Below are positions 37,524 to 47,569 of a stretch of DNA of 64,000 nucleotides, in pieces. This stretch comes from a virus (taxonomy: Duplodnaviria > Caudoviricetes), in IMG/VR virus record IMGVR_UViG_3300031577_000195, positions 17,064 to 81,063 of that record, one strand, 5' to 3'. A program made the position numbers and the translations under genes. The notes below the pieces were generated by a model, which saw only the letters and a list, made by a program, of their open reading frames with translations, was not told where the DNA came from and made no database searches. Every line of letters begins with the position of its first letter. Position 1 is the first letter of the stretch.

Positions 37524-38147
37524 CTATCTCACACCAGTTGAACCAGTGCCACCCTTTCGTTCTCCATTAGCTTCATCATCATCTATCTTAAGATACTTAT
37601 AGAATATTCCTTGACCTATTCTGTCATGCGTCTTAATCTCAACATCGCTATCACCCAAGTTGATTACGGCGAACATTATATGTCCTTCATTGTTTTCATT
37701 ATTGTAATAATCTGAGTCAATAATCCCTTGTGCATTAACCAGTGTTAATCCTTTCTTAACCGCTAGACTTGACCTAATATGTAACCCAAGGTATTCATCA
37801 GACATCATATAAGCTTTTACTCCTGTTGGAACTAATGTTACCTTATGCGGTTCTATGGTTATATCTGCTGCAACTTCAAAATCATAACCAGCACTATTCT
37901 TAGTCATCCTCTTGGGTAGACTAATATCCTCATATCCTGAGACTACTTCAAATCCACGACCACCTCCAGGTAATCTAAGGTTACTCTCTAAGAAAGTCCA
38001 TTCTTGGCCATTTACAAAGACATAGTAACTTTCAAAATCTGCATAAGTAACCTCTCCAATTGCACCTATGCAATCCATAAGCTCATCAATATATTCGTCT
38101 CCTGGTGGTACTCCTATGATTTCTACCTTATCTCCAATGTCAAACAT
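37524..38147 (-). CDS. dut: Trimeric dUTPase with extra N-terminal domain
   Basis: SAGYD, IRSS, GIIDSDY, RIGQG, GG.GSTG motifs; ~60-aa N-terminal extension. Confidence 0.92.
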   Translation of the reverse strand: MFDIGDKVEIIGVPPGDEYIDELMDCIGAIGEVTYADFESYYVFVNGQEWTFLESNLRLPGGGRGFEVVSGYEDISLPKRMTKNSAGYDFEVAADITIEPHKVTLVPTGVKAYMMSDEYLGLHIRSSLAVKKGLTLVNAQGIIDSDYYNNENNEGHIMFAVINLGDSDVEIKTHDRIGQGIFYKYLKIDDDEANGERKGGTGSTGVR

Positions 38148-38760
38148 CTATTCGACCTCCTTAAGTGAATCTTCAGTAGCATATATGTTATATACTGGAT
38201 TCCCCACGGTAGCAAAATAGCGATATTTATTAGGTTCACCAATCCAATGTATTTCTTTAACTCTATAGTAACACCCGCAATACTCCACGAATTGACCAAT
38301 GGCAAACTTAGGTTTAGGCTGTGGCCTGTAGATTCGCCACTCTTCGTCAACCACTGAGTCGTTTTCATGATCAAAGAAAGATGAGCCATCGTCATATACA
38401 AATCGTCTTACTTTATCGTCAAAACATATATACTTGTAATCTTCAAATGAATCTGATGTTATCTTTTGACCATCAATAGCAGCCTTAAGTGCTTCTTTAT
38501 AGTTCATTAGTTACCTCCCTTGCTAAGTCCATTTCCAATACACTGTCCACGCAAAATCTTTCAGTGACACAATCTTGATATGCTATTTGATATTTTGCAT
38601 TATTAAAGCTATCTAAAAATTGTCTGTAATTGAAATATCCAAAAGTGTAAGGGTTCAGTAAAGATACACCCACAACTACTCCTCGATTGTATCTATCATC
38701 TATTTTTCTTGAGGATAGTATAAATAACTTTTGCCCAAGTTTATACTTTGGTTTAAACAT
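38148..38760 (-). other. Two hypothetical ORFs with SH3/KOW-like segments (38148-38507, 38497-38760)
   Basis: KPKF.IGQ.V / KPKY.LGQ.L patterns. Confidence 0.55.
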
Positions 38761-38772
38761 CAGGTTACCTCC

Positions 38773-39357
38773 CTAAAACGCACATTTCTTTTCTTCTTTA
38801 CAGTTATCACAGTTTCTAAAGTTTCTATCGAATATCTCTGGCATAACCAAAGCTAACTCATGCTGTATTCCTATGGCTATCTCTCGGTGTTCTGGCATTG
38901 CTCTCTTGCATACCCTCTTTGGCAAATACTCGAACCAACTGCGGAGATTACCAGTAATCCTAAGTTCAGTCATGGTTGCCTTGGGTAAAACATAAGCTGC
39001 ATCTTGCTTAGCAACACCATTTGCAATTAACTCTTGGTAAACATCAAAAGCATCTTCAATAGCACTTAAGTACATGACGCGGATACCGTAGTCTATTTCA
39101 TCAGGTATACAATAGTCCTCAAAGTCTGCACCTCTGGTACTCTTTACAGTAAAACTAAAGTGTCTATGTCTTGTTATTTGCCCTAAGACTCCCAAGGAAC
39201 ATTTGATATCGAAAGTTGCATAAGCATGTTCAAGGACTGACAAGTGTTGACTTTTGACTAACGGTTCGATTGACTTAGGTTGCCTTCCGTAGCATTTAGC
39301 ACTCGCACCCAAGATTAACTCCAGGTAATCCTTTGAGTAAGATATAAGTTTAACCAT
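38773..39357 (-). CDS. thyX: FAD-dependent thymidylate synthase
   Basis: HLSVLEH, QITRHRHFSFTVKSTR, A.YVLP, NLRSW. Confidence 0.92.
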   Translation of the reverse strand: MVKLISYSKDYLELILGASAKCYGRQPKSIEPLVKSQHLSVLEHAYATFDIKCSLGVLGQITRHRHFSFTVKSTRGADFEDYCIPDEIDYGIRVMYLSAIEDAFDVYQELIANGVAKQDAAYVLPKATMTELRITGNLRSWFEYLPKRVCKRAMPEHREIAIGIQHELALVMPEIFDRNFRNCDNCKEEKKCAF

Positions 39358-40340
39358 TCAATCTCTCCTTTTGTACCTCAAGTAACATCTGTTGTAACTC
39401 TGCGATACGCTGGTTTTTATCTTGAAGCTGTCCGTTTAGTTGCTCATTGATTGACTTTAGTTGTAATACATTGTTCTTCAATGAAGCAATTTCAAAACCA
39501 AGGTCTAGCCACCTCCACACACCAGTGTAACTTTCCTTTTCTGCCTTGAGTTCATCAAGTTCTCTCACTAGCTTCTCCTTTGATTTAAACCAATCGAATA
39601 TCATTCAGTTCCTCCTTTGCGCACTCTGGACAATAGATGTTTCCATTTGCTGTCCACCAGCCATCGTAGACTTCAGCCAAAGGTGTTTCTTGTGTAATCA
39701 TCGCTTCAGGTAACTCATTACATTTACTACAGACTGGCACAGTATTCATATGTTTTACTCTAAAGTACATTACGCTCATTCGTTATCTCCTTAGATTGCT
39801 TATTTAGTACCAACTGTCTATACATGCGTATCGTCCTATCGCGTTTCACTAGTTCTTCCTCAAGTTCCTCTATGATTGCCTGTTGCATAGCTATAGTTCT
39901 ACTCTTGTCTTCACAGCACATCACTAGCACCCCTTTTGTTAACTTTTGAGTATTTTAGGCATACTTATACATCAGTCCAATAGCTACCATGATACTGCTT
40001 GCTGTACCACTCTTTGATTATCTTGCAGTATCCCAAAGCATCCAAATGTTCAGAGCAAATTTTATCACATGATACACAAGGCTCTATCTTAAGCATACTC
40101 ATCATCCTTAACTATTTTGTAGCCATCTGGAAATTCAATGAATAACCTTTTGCTGTTCACAAAAGAGAACAACTGCACTCCATCGTGTTCAAGTAGCTTC
40201 TCTTCGTTTCTCATTATGATAGTTACTGGTGCTTCAATACATATGGTATATAGCTTTGGGAACCACTTGTCTTCAACCCAAGCCCATATCTTTCTGATTC
40301 TTCCACCACCAACAGATAATCTATATTCAATCGCTGACAT
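39350..40340 (-). other. Small hypothetical ORFs (39350-39604, 39585-39779, 40089-40340)
   Basis: ORF track; co-oriented with RBSs. Confidence 0.6.
39931..39961 (-). repeat. RBS-associated directional motif, copy 4
   Basis: TGCCTAAAATACTCAAAAGTTAACAAAAGGG. Confidence 0.9.
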
Positions 40341-40437
40341 TAGTTCCCTCCTTTGATTGTCTTATATATCTTAACTACCTCATGTACCGCAGCTATTGCA
40401 AAGTAAATACCTATCGAACATACTACAGATTCAAACA

Positions 40438-40629
40438 TTAGCATTCCTCCTTCTGATAAAGTCCACAGTGACATTCATCAGTTTCCCGATAGTCTTTACA
40501 TGGACATACATAGTCTTCAGCTTGATCACTTGTGTATACCCAAGGTGCCACACATGGGCAAAATGGTTTGCCGTAAAGTTCTTTATTGCGTTTAAGTCCA
40601 TTGATCACCGTTTGTTTATCTTTAGTCAT
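40438..40629 (-). CDS. Ferredoxin:thioredoxin reductase catalytic-subunit-like protein
   Basis: NKELYG...CPC...CPC...CHCGLY, the three Cys motifs of the FTR beta chain. Confidence 0.88.
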   Translation of the reverse strand: MTKDKQTVINGLKRNKELYGKPFCPCVAPWVYTSDQAEDYVCPCKDYRETDECHCGLYQKEEC

Positions 40630-41074
40630 AATCTACCTCCTTTCGTAAATACTTTTGGTTTGTACTTGCGAGTTCATATGATTCATCCCTAAGTTCTTCC
40701 ATATAGCGACCGACTTTGATTACATCGAAAAACTTAAAGCACCATTTTGGTATTTCCTCTTGGTCAGCACCAGTAAATAACCAAAGTTTCTTATCTTGAA
40801 ACTCATAACGCAATTCATAAGAAAACAGAAATGCTTCACTTGGCTTTTGACAAAGAAGATCGCCACCTATGATTGATATAATGTCGAACCATTGCTTTCC
40901 TTCATTCAACTCTTGGTATAACCTAACAGAATTCAAGGGTTCTCCATAATTATAATCCTGTAGTTGTGGATTATGGCATCCCTTACAATTCCTATAGCAA
41001 CCACTTGGATATATTTCTACAGCTACACCATCGTATGCATTTACAGCATCCCATTGTATTCCTGCAATATTCAC
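40622..41074 (-). CDS. nrdG: Anaerobic RNR activase
   Basis: SGCYRNCKGCHNP, IIGGD, WLFTG, G.Y...L...S.NQ. Confidence 0.92.
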   Translation of the reverse strand: MNIAGIQWDAVNAYDGVAVEIYPSGCYRNCKGCHNPQLQDYNYGEPLNSVRLYQELNEGKQWFDIISIIGGDLLCQKPSEAFLFSYELRYEFQDKKLWLFTGADQEEIPKWCFKFFDVIKVGRYMEELRDESYELASTNQKYLRKEVDYD

Positions 41075-41105
41075 AAGACTCCCTCCATCCCACCCACAGG
41101 GTTAA

Positions 41106-41225
41106 TTACATTGAATAACATTTGCGACAATTAAACTCTTGTGCTTTTCCTTTGTTGAAATCCTTGATTTCTGCGTAATACCCTACGCACCTTGTGTAAA
41201 CTTTTGGTTGAACTTTAACTTTCAT
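41106..41225 (-). CDS. Stand-alone glycyl-radical domain of NrdD (39 aa)
   Basis: Manual translation MKVKVQPKVYTRCVGYYAEIKDFNKGKAQEFNCRKCYSM; TAATG overlap with the nrdD stop; RBS GGAGGTG. Confidence 0.88.
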   Translation of the reverse strand: MKVKVQPKVYTRCVGYYAEIKDFNKGKAQEFNCRKCYSM

Positions 41226-42925
41226 TATTCCACCTCCATTTCTATTCCTTGCTGTCTATAGGTTTCAATTTGCTCTTCTGTTAACACATGTTCACAAAGT
41301 TCACCCTTTGCGAGATGCTTAGAGCAAATTGGGCAAATCCTACGAGTTGGAGAAATGTTGATATACGGTAATGTTGTGTTGGTTACAAGTTTTCTTACGA
41401 TTGATTTTGCAGCTTTACCACCAATCGGTTCATCAATATAATGAAAGAAGCAAGCTCCACCACTAAATAAATTTTGTAAATCCTGCTGATGTTCTGCAGC
41501 AAACTTAAGACTATACTGGGTATCATTATCTAGCCATGAACCTCTTGTATATCTTGGTATATCTTCAGTTCCCGAAAGTATCATATCTGGATGCTGCTCT
41601 TTCATATGTTTTGCAAAACGATACATTGTTGATTCTCCTGGAATACTTTCAAGATTCATATAGATACCTCTGCCGTTATAGCAATGGCTATTCTTTTCCT
41701 GAAGTTCACCGATTTTATCATTCATATACCTTAGAACTTCTTCGGCAAAACTCTTGCCCTCTGGAGTATCAATATCATTACCATCAAAGTTTAAGCACAT
41801 TTCCCTAAGTCCTATGATTCCAATGGTTGAGAAAAAGTGGCTAAAGTCGTGGATATATCGATGTAACGTAGGATACATACCTTTTTCCATCATATCTTCG
41901 ATAAATGACCGCTTTTTACCTAATGCATCTATGGCTAACTCCATATATTCGTCAATGTACATATAGAATAGCTCTTTATTGCCTTCGGATAAGTGAGCAT
42001 ATAGTGGTAAGTTTAAGGTTACTACTCCAATACTACCTGAGTTATCAGCAGCACCAAAGCTACCTCCGACCTGTTTAGATACTTTTGACATATCCAATTT
42101 CAATGAGCAGCACATTGACTTAACGCTATCAGGATCATAATCAGAATTGACATAGTTATTAATTGTGGCTATTCCAGCTTCACCCAAGGTTTTAAATAAA
42201 GTTTCAGCAAATTTGTTATCCCAATTGAAATCCTTGGTTATGCCTATGTTAATCACAGGGAATGTAAGTACACTTTTGCTGTCTGCGAGTATTTCTAATA
42301 TTGCCCTTCCAATCCACTCAGCATATTCTTGGCAATCATCATAAGTAAAATCCAGTTCTTCTCCTGCGATAATTGGCTGTCTACCCTGAAGTCTCTTGGG
42401 TACTGTAATATCTAAATGCATGTTCACGAATGGACTCTGCCAACCTATACGCCCCTTAATATTAATCGAATGAATAAACTCTTGTAATGTCTGTTTCATC
42501 TGCTTGTAAGTTAACTTATCGTTTTTAACGTAAGGAGCAAGAAGAATATCTACAGTATTAAATGCTACAGCACCATTGATTTGTTGACTTATGAGAAATA
42601 TTGCATTCATGGTTTGGCTTAAAGCTGAACTAAAATGCTTTGGCGCACCATCAATATCGTTAAGCCCCTTCATTAGAAACATCTCGTAGTCCAGCCCAAG
42701 ACAATATAGATTCATTCCGCTGAGATCGTGAATATGATAAAAGCATTTCTTATGGGCATCTGCCATTTCCTGAGTATAAATATTGTCCAGCATATATTTA
42801 GATGTAATATGGTTCAGTACATACCCTAGCATTCCTGGATAAGCGTAAGATGCATTAGAGTTCTCCTTGATTCTCCAGTCAGTATTTGCAACATAAGTAT
42901 CGATAAGATTATTAGTATTTAGCAA
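41225..42925 (-). CDS. nrdD: Class III ribonucleotide reductase catalytic body (no ATP cone, no Gly-radical tail)
   Basis: ENSN, HIHDL, YCLG, SMCCSL, GSIGVVTLNLP, NLESIPGES, CPIC...C; ends without the RxxGY loop. Confidence 0.93.
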   Translation of the reverse strand: MLNTNNLIDTYVANTDWRIKENSNASYAYPGMLGYVLNHITSKYMLDNIYTQEMADAHKKCFYHIHDLSGMNLYCLGLDYEMFLMKGLNDIDGAPKHFSSALSQTMNAIFLISQQINGAVAFNTVDILLAPYVKNDKLTYKQMKQTLQEFIHSINIKGRIGWQSPFVNMHLDITVPKRLQGRQPIIAGEELDFTYDDCQEYAEWIGRAILEILADSKSVLTFPVINIGITKDFNWDNKFAETLFKTLGEAGIATINNYVNSDYDPDSVKSMCCSLKLDMSKVSKQVGGSFGAADNSGSIGVVTLNLPLYAHLSEGNKELFYMYIDEYMELAIDALGKKRSFIEDMMEKGMYPTLHRYIHDFSHFFSTIGIIGLREMCLNFDGNDIDTPEGKSFAEEVLRYMNDKIGELQEKNSHCYNGRGIYMNLESIPGESTMYRFAKHMKEQHPDMILSGTEDIPRYTRGSWLDNDTQYSLKFAAEHQQDLQNLFSGGACFFHYIDEPIGGKAAKSIVRKLVTNTTLPYINISPTRRICPICSKHLAKGELCEHVLTEEQIETYRQQGIEMEVE

Positions 42926-44352
42926 TCTACCGTCTCCTTTTCCATCTGCTCCAGAATTTCCTTAAATTCACTTTCTATTTCCTCTTGCATCCAAGGGAAT
43001 AGCTCAAGCACCTTTTGATTCAATTCTTTCGTAAACTTCACAAGGTCTGCCTCTTCGGTAAGTACCTTGTGTATATCGATGTATTGACCAATGACAACTG
43101 CAATGTCTGCATACATATCTGCTTGCTGATGTTCGTTCAGGTTGAAAAACACAAGTTCGCCATTGTTTTCGCCGAGTAGAAGCTTAAGAATCTGCTCCAT
43201 CAGTTACCTCCAGTTTTGGAAAGTTTTTGTTAAGAAAGTCTCGAAGTTTGATACAGAATGAACTATTAAGCTCTGCCAACGGTCTTCTATAATAAGTCCA
43301 GTCATCACTATTAATTCGAATGTCATAAAGTTTAACAAATTCCCCTTCTGGTCTTTCGATATATTCAGCTAAGTCATATTTGTTTACTTCTAGTCTATCT
43401 TTGATGTAACTTCTCTCTTTATCCCTAATTCGCTCCTCTCGTTCTTTCTCAAGTTCTTTCTTAAGTACATCCATTTGTAGCTTTAATAAGGCTATCTCTT
43501 CATTTTTCTTGCATACATCACTTAGTTTCTGGCTTTTGAATAACATCAGTTCATCTCCTGTATCTCAAGTTTGCCTTTAGTCAGTCTTAGCCAAAGCTTT
43601 TGATTACAACAACTAGCATAGTAACTACCATCAAATTCACTCCAGTAAATCTCTTGTCCACACACAGGACATTGACCATCGTAGTACCATTTGTCAAAGT
43701 CAACTGTTTTCTTCATTATTTACCTCCCAAAGTCTTACTAGCGTTATTCCAAATGGTATACGACTGAAACGCAACATCGCCTAGAATCTTATACTGTATC
43801 TCAAGGTATTCGTACATTTTACGAGCATTGGTGTAATCTTGGAGTGCATCTAAATACTTTTCTTCTTTTGCCGCGAATCTCGCGCCTTCCGTTGGTTTAC
43901 CTGGAGCATATTCGATTGATATTTTACTTTTGATTGCCTCTGCAGTATTTTTCAAGTCCGTTTCGACCTTATGTGCTTCAGTCATTTGTTCACCAATGTA
44001 ATCTTTGTAAGCTGTAGCTTTCTGCATTAAACTAAAGGCAAACGTAGGGTTGTCATCAGTTAGCCTTTTGTAGTCCTCAAGTATCTCTTGGTACATTAAT
44101 CCTCCTTAGTTCCCCGCTTATTTTAGATTAACAAGGTACTACCTTAATTAAATCGTTCCTAATGTAATACTCTCTGGGTTCATCCATGATAACCTTGACT
44201 ACCATTGATTCAGGCCAGAATCCATAAGTAAAATCATTATAGCTTCCTAGTGGTGGTTCACAGATTCCTGTACAGTCCCATTCAAGTTCTCTTGGGTAAT
44301 TCTTCACAAATTTTCTCGCTTGTTCTTCAGTTACTTCAGTAAACCCATTCAT
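42919..44352 (-). other. Hypothetical ORFs (42919-43200, 43184-43546, ~43546-43716, 43716-44096, 44128-44352)
   Basis: ORF track plus manual reading; 43716-44096 is all-helical (UvsY-like, weak). Confidence 0.6.
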
Positions 44353-44425
44353 TAGATTCCTCCTTGAATTTCAGTTTTTCATAAGTTAATATACAATTAT
44401 AAACAAATGTTAAAAGAGGGTTAAT

Positions 44426-45073
44426 ATGGGTAAATACATTAAGGACTTAATAGTAGGTAATTTATTTTTACTATTATTACTTCTTGCTGTAACCATACTT
44501 ATTTCTATAAGTAGTACTTGGGGTTACATATCTTGGGTTTCTTCATTAGCTAATACTTCAACTGGCGTATGTCTAACATTTGCAATTACCTATTGGCAAA
44601 GCAAAGTAAAAACAGACAGCGAAAGGAGACAATTAGCAGATGCACTAATAGCTGAATTAAGAACTCTTAAAGAATTGATAACTAAAACGATTAGTCAAAT
44701 TGAAAACATAGATACCTCTCTAGTTGTTATTACTATTACTGAGGATTACTTTACTGTTTTTAATCAGTCTGCCAGTAAATTAGGCTTACTAGCCCCCGAT
44801 ACGTCCACCACGGTTATTGAAGCATATATGAAAATTAAGGGACTTTTCGATACTGCTCGTCAAATAAGCAAACATTGTGATACTGCGACTTCCTTAGTAA
44901 ACCAAGAGACTCTCTCTATATTCCTAGGCAAAAGCAATAATAATCAAAGAGTTTATCAACTACAATCATTATTTGAGCAACAAACAATACCCCTTTGGGA
45001 TTCTTTTCGTAATCAACATCTGGAAATCATCGACTTAATCGAAAAAGCTATTAATATGCTAAAGCAAAAGTAA
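44426..45073 (+). CDS. Antisense moron, two-TM membrane protein
   Basis: Hydrophobic N-terminal segments; only long plus-strand gene inside the leftward operon. Confidence 0.7.
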   Translation: MGKYIKDLIVGNLFLLLLLLAVTILISISSTWGYISWVSSLANTSTGVCLTFAITYWQSKVKTDSERRQLADALIAELRTLKELITKTISQIENIDTSLVVITITEDYFTVFNQSASKLGLLAPDTSTTVIEAYMKIKGLFDTARQISKHCDTATSLVNQETLSIFLGKSNNNQRVYQLQSLFEQQTIPLWDSFRNQHLEIIDLIEKAINMLKQK

Positions 45074-45076
45074 CAC

Positions 45077-45736
45077 CTACGCCATCCTCCGAATTTCATC
45101 TTGGATTTCCTCAAGCTCGTTTTTGGCCTTGTCCATAGTTTTCCGTAGCACTTCCGCTTTGTCTTTCAGTTGTTTGAGTTTAGGATTCTCACGCTGCCAT
45201 ATGATTTTGAAACTAGGGATATCTTCTGGCTCACGGATGCCCTTGATTATTCTGACGATATCACCTGGATAATCATAAGTGGCAACCTTAACAATTTCAT
45301 AGTCCGGTTTCCATTTTACTGTTAAATCAGTGTTAGTGTCGTCGTATCCAACGTACCTCCCTGCGCTATTCCCAGTTATGACTACAGCAGACCATTTGTG
45401 CCCTTGATACTTACCTCTAATGATTCCCCATTCGCCATTCTTAAATTGAACCAGCATGTTTTCCTTGATATCATCCTTTGTAAATCCCATAGTTTCTTCC
45501 ACTCCCTCTTCACCTATGATATACACTTGCTCACCGTCAGAAATTAGATAGAGTATTTTATTCTCATCACTATGCTTTCCAGATGCTACTACGGTATAAC
45601 TTTGGCCGTTCAGCGGTTTCTCGAAAAAGCTCCACATATGTTTATGCTGTGGCGCGTTTTTGTCAATCCACGATGGGTATGAAGGATAATAATGTTTATT
45701 ATCGATAACCTTAACTTTACTTCCGATGTTTATCAT
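45077..45736 (-). CDS. Hypothetical protein (N-terminal SH3/KOW-like, C-terminal coiled coil)
   Basis: INIGSKVKV pattern. Confidence 0.65.
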   Translation of the reverse strand: MINIGSKVKVIDNKHYYPSYPSWIDKNAPQHKHMWSFFEKPLNGQSYTVVASGKHSDENKILYLISDGEQVYIIGEEGVEETMGFTKDDIKENMLVQFKNGEWGIIRGKYQGHKWSAVVITGNSAGRYVGYDDTNTDLTVKWKPDYEIVKVATYDYPGDIVRIIKGIREPEDIPSFKIIWQRENPKLKQLKDKAEVLRKTMDKAKNELEEIQDEIRRMA

Positions 45737-45775
45737 TAGACTTCTTCCTCTCTCTCCGTAGTTTCCTTACGTCCA

Positions 45776-45803
45776 TTTTGTTAACTATTGAGTATTTTAG
45801 ACA
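45776..45803 (-). repeat. RBS-associated directional motif, copy 5
   Basis: TGTCTAAAATACTCAATAGTTAACAAAA; contains the upstream gene's stop. Confidence 0.9.
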
Positions 45804-46486
45804 GACTTAACCCTTAGTTCTTGATACAACTTAGGTACTATTGCGAATACAAATGGCTTATACCTGTTCTTCTCACCGTAAGGACTTATCATAGCTACAA
45901 TCTGCGCTCCATCTTGGTCAAAGTAGTCATGTATCCTCTTAAGCCTCTTATCAGGTATCTCATGAACATCATATGTCTGCCCTAAGAGCAACCCATGAAA
46001 TACATCTTCAATCATAAGATAACAGAAGTCTTCAATATAGGTTATCTCATGTTCTTCCGCAAGCTTATATATAGAAGCATGAGATTGTAACAATCGTTTC
46101 TTAACTTCAGTCATACGCCAGTCATCCAGCAGATATATCCATTTGTCCGACTCAAGCATCTGTCTGGTTTCTGCAGACTTACCAAATGTTTGAACTGCTG
46201 ATTTTAATTTGCCAGATAACAACGATGATTTTATAGGAATACCCCAAGATTCCATTAGGACATCAAGTTTCTTTTCTGCATAATTACCTGTGGACTTATT
46301 ACGTTTAGTTCTTTTGGACGCTTCAGTTTTTCTCTTGTCTTTCTTAGCTTGCTTACGGTCTGACCTAAGTTTAATCTGTCGTTTGCTTAAAACATTTAGG
46401 TTAATCGGCTGGTAATCACTATAGTCTGAGCAAAAATCACATTCGTAGGCATGATGACAGTTATCTTTTACTTCACATTTGACTAT
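45797..46486 (-). CDS. Putative Hjc-like Holliday junction resolvase (ATA start)
   Basis: In-frame extension adds a Cys-rich N-terminus and KRNKSTGNYAEKKL...G...SG; RBS AGGGGTG 7 nt before ATA. Confidence 0.5.
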   Translation of the reverse strand: MVKCEVKDNCHHAYECDFCSDYSDYQPINLNVLSKRQIKLRSDRKQAKKDKRKTEASKRTKRNKSTGNYAEKKLDVLMESWGIPIKSSLLSGKLKSAVQTFGKSAETRQMLESDKWIYLLDDWRMTEVKKRLLQSHASIYKLAEEHEITYIEDFCYLMIEDVFHGLLLGQTYDVHEIPDKRLKRIHDYFDQDGAQIVAMISPYGEKNRYKPFVFAIVPKLYQELRVKSV

Positions 46487-46688
46487 TGTTCAACACCCCT
46501 TGTAAGCATATTCCGCAGTAATAACCCTCCATTTGCTTAAGTTGCTTTCGACTTATCTTCCGTTGCCTTAATAGCTCCTTGCCAAATGATCTAAGACTAA
46601 ACAATTGCCTAGTTCCCGTTTTGCAGTTAGAACAACATAGTTGGTACTCAGTTTTTGGTTGCTCTGGTGGCATATCCTTAAATCTCAC
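46473..46688 (-). CDS. Small zinc-finger protein
   Basis: CxxC...CxxC. Confidence 0.6.
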   Translation of the reverse strand: MRFKDMPPEQPKTEYQLCCSNCKTGTRQLFSLRSFGKELLRQRKISRKQLKQMEGYYCGICLQGVLNNSQM

Positions 46689-47224
46689 GCAATCACTCCT
46701 TTTAATTTCAAAATACCTTTAACTATATTAGAGTAATCTTCAAGTGTACCATCATTGATAACAACATAATCCCAACCTTTGTAGTCGTCTAATGCTGTTT
46801 CACTAGGATGCTGTAGCTGCTCTAAGGTCAATCCACTGTCATATCCAGGACGTTCAACTCTAATTTTTACTACAGGAAACCTTTGTTCAAGTTCAGTAAT
46901 TTCATTCGGATATCTAACGTCCGTTATGAAGAAATTATCTATTGTGTAAAAATTCCTTAAGCTACTTAATTTCTCAATCTGAGCTATCATTTTGTTAGTC
47001 CAAACGTTCAAATTGTACTCTCTAGCACCATCTCCTAACCATTGCAAAAAATCTCGCCCTTTGTCGTCCTTTTGTCCATCCCAACCGATGCTATAAGCAA
47101 CATCCTTAACGAAATCCCCAAAGGCCAAACGTTTACTATGGTCTACTTCATTTCTAATGAGTTCATAGAAAGTATCTTTGCCTGACCTAGCTTTACCACT
47201 GATTAAGAATATTTTAATCTTCAT
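46685..47224 (-). CDS. Deoxynucleoside monophosphate kinase
   Basis: SGKARSGKDT, AF.D.VK, R..LQ.LG, ITDVRYPNE, H.SE. Confidence 0.88.
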   Translation of the reverse strand: MKIKIFLISGKARSGKDTFYELIRNEVDHSKRLAFGDFVKDVAYSIGWDGQKDDKGRDFLQWLGDGAREYNLNVWTNKMIAQIEKLSSLRNFYTIDNFFITDVRYPNEITELEQRFPVVKIRVERPGYDSGLTLEQLQHPSETALDDYKGWDYVVINDGTLEDYSNIVKGILKLKGVIA

Positions 47225-47531
47225 CAGTCCTCCTAATAAAATCTAGGTTACTCAAGAGTTCATCCAATGGACTTCTTGTACTAAAGCCACCGTAATAGTC
47301 TATCGCTCCCCAATCGACCCATCTTGTAAGAAGTCTGCAGAGTATATCGGCTTCATCTTTAGTGATAACTATGGAATGTTCAGCTACCTCTTGTATCTTA
47401 AGATCCATTATCTACTGTACCTCCCTGCAACATTAGCTACCATTCGCACTAATTGTTCATCTGCGGTTTTACCTACAGTACTACGAACGAGTTCAAACAA
47501 GTAAAATCCCTCTGGTTGTTTCATTAGATTG

Positions 47532-47564
47532 CCTCCTTTTGTTAACTTTTGAGTATTTTGAACA
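47532..47564 (-). repeat. RBS-associated directional motif, copy 6
   Basis: TGTTCAAAATACTCAAAAGTTAACAAAAGGAGG. Confidence 0.9.
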
Positions 47565-47569
47565 GACCT

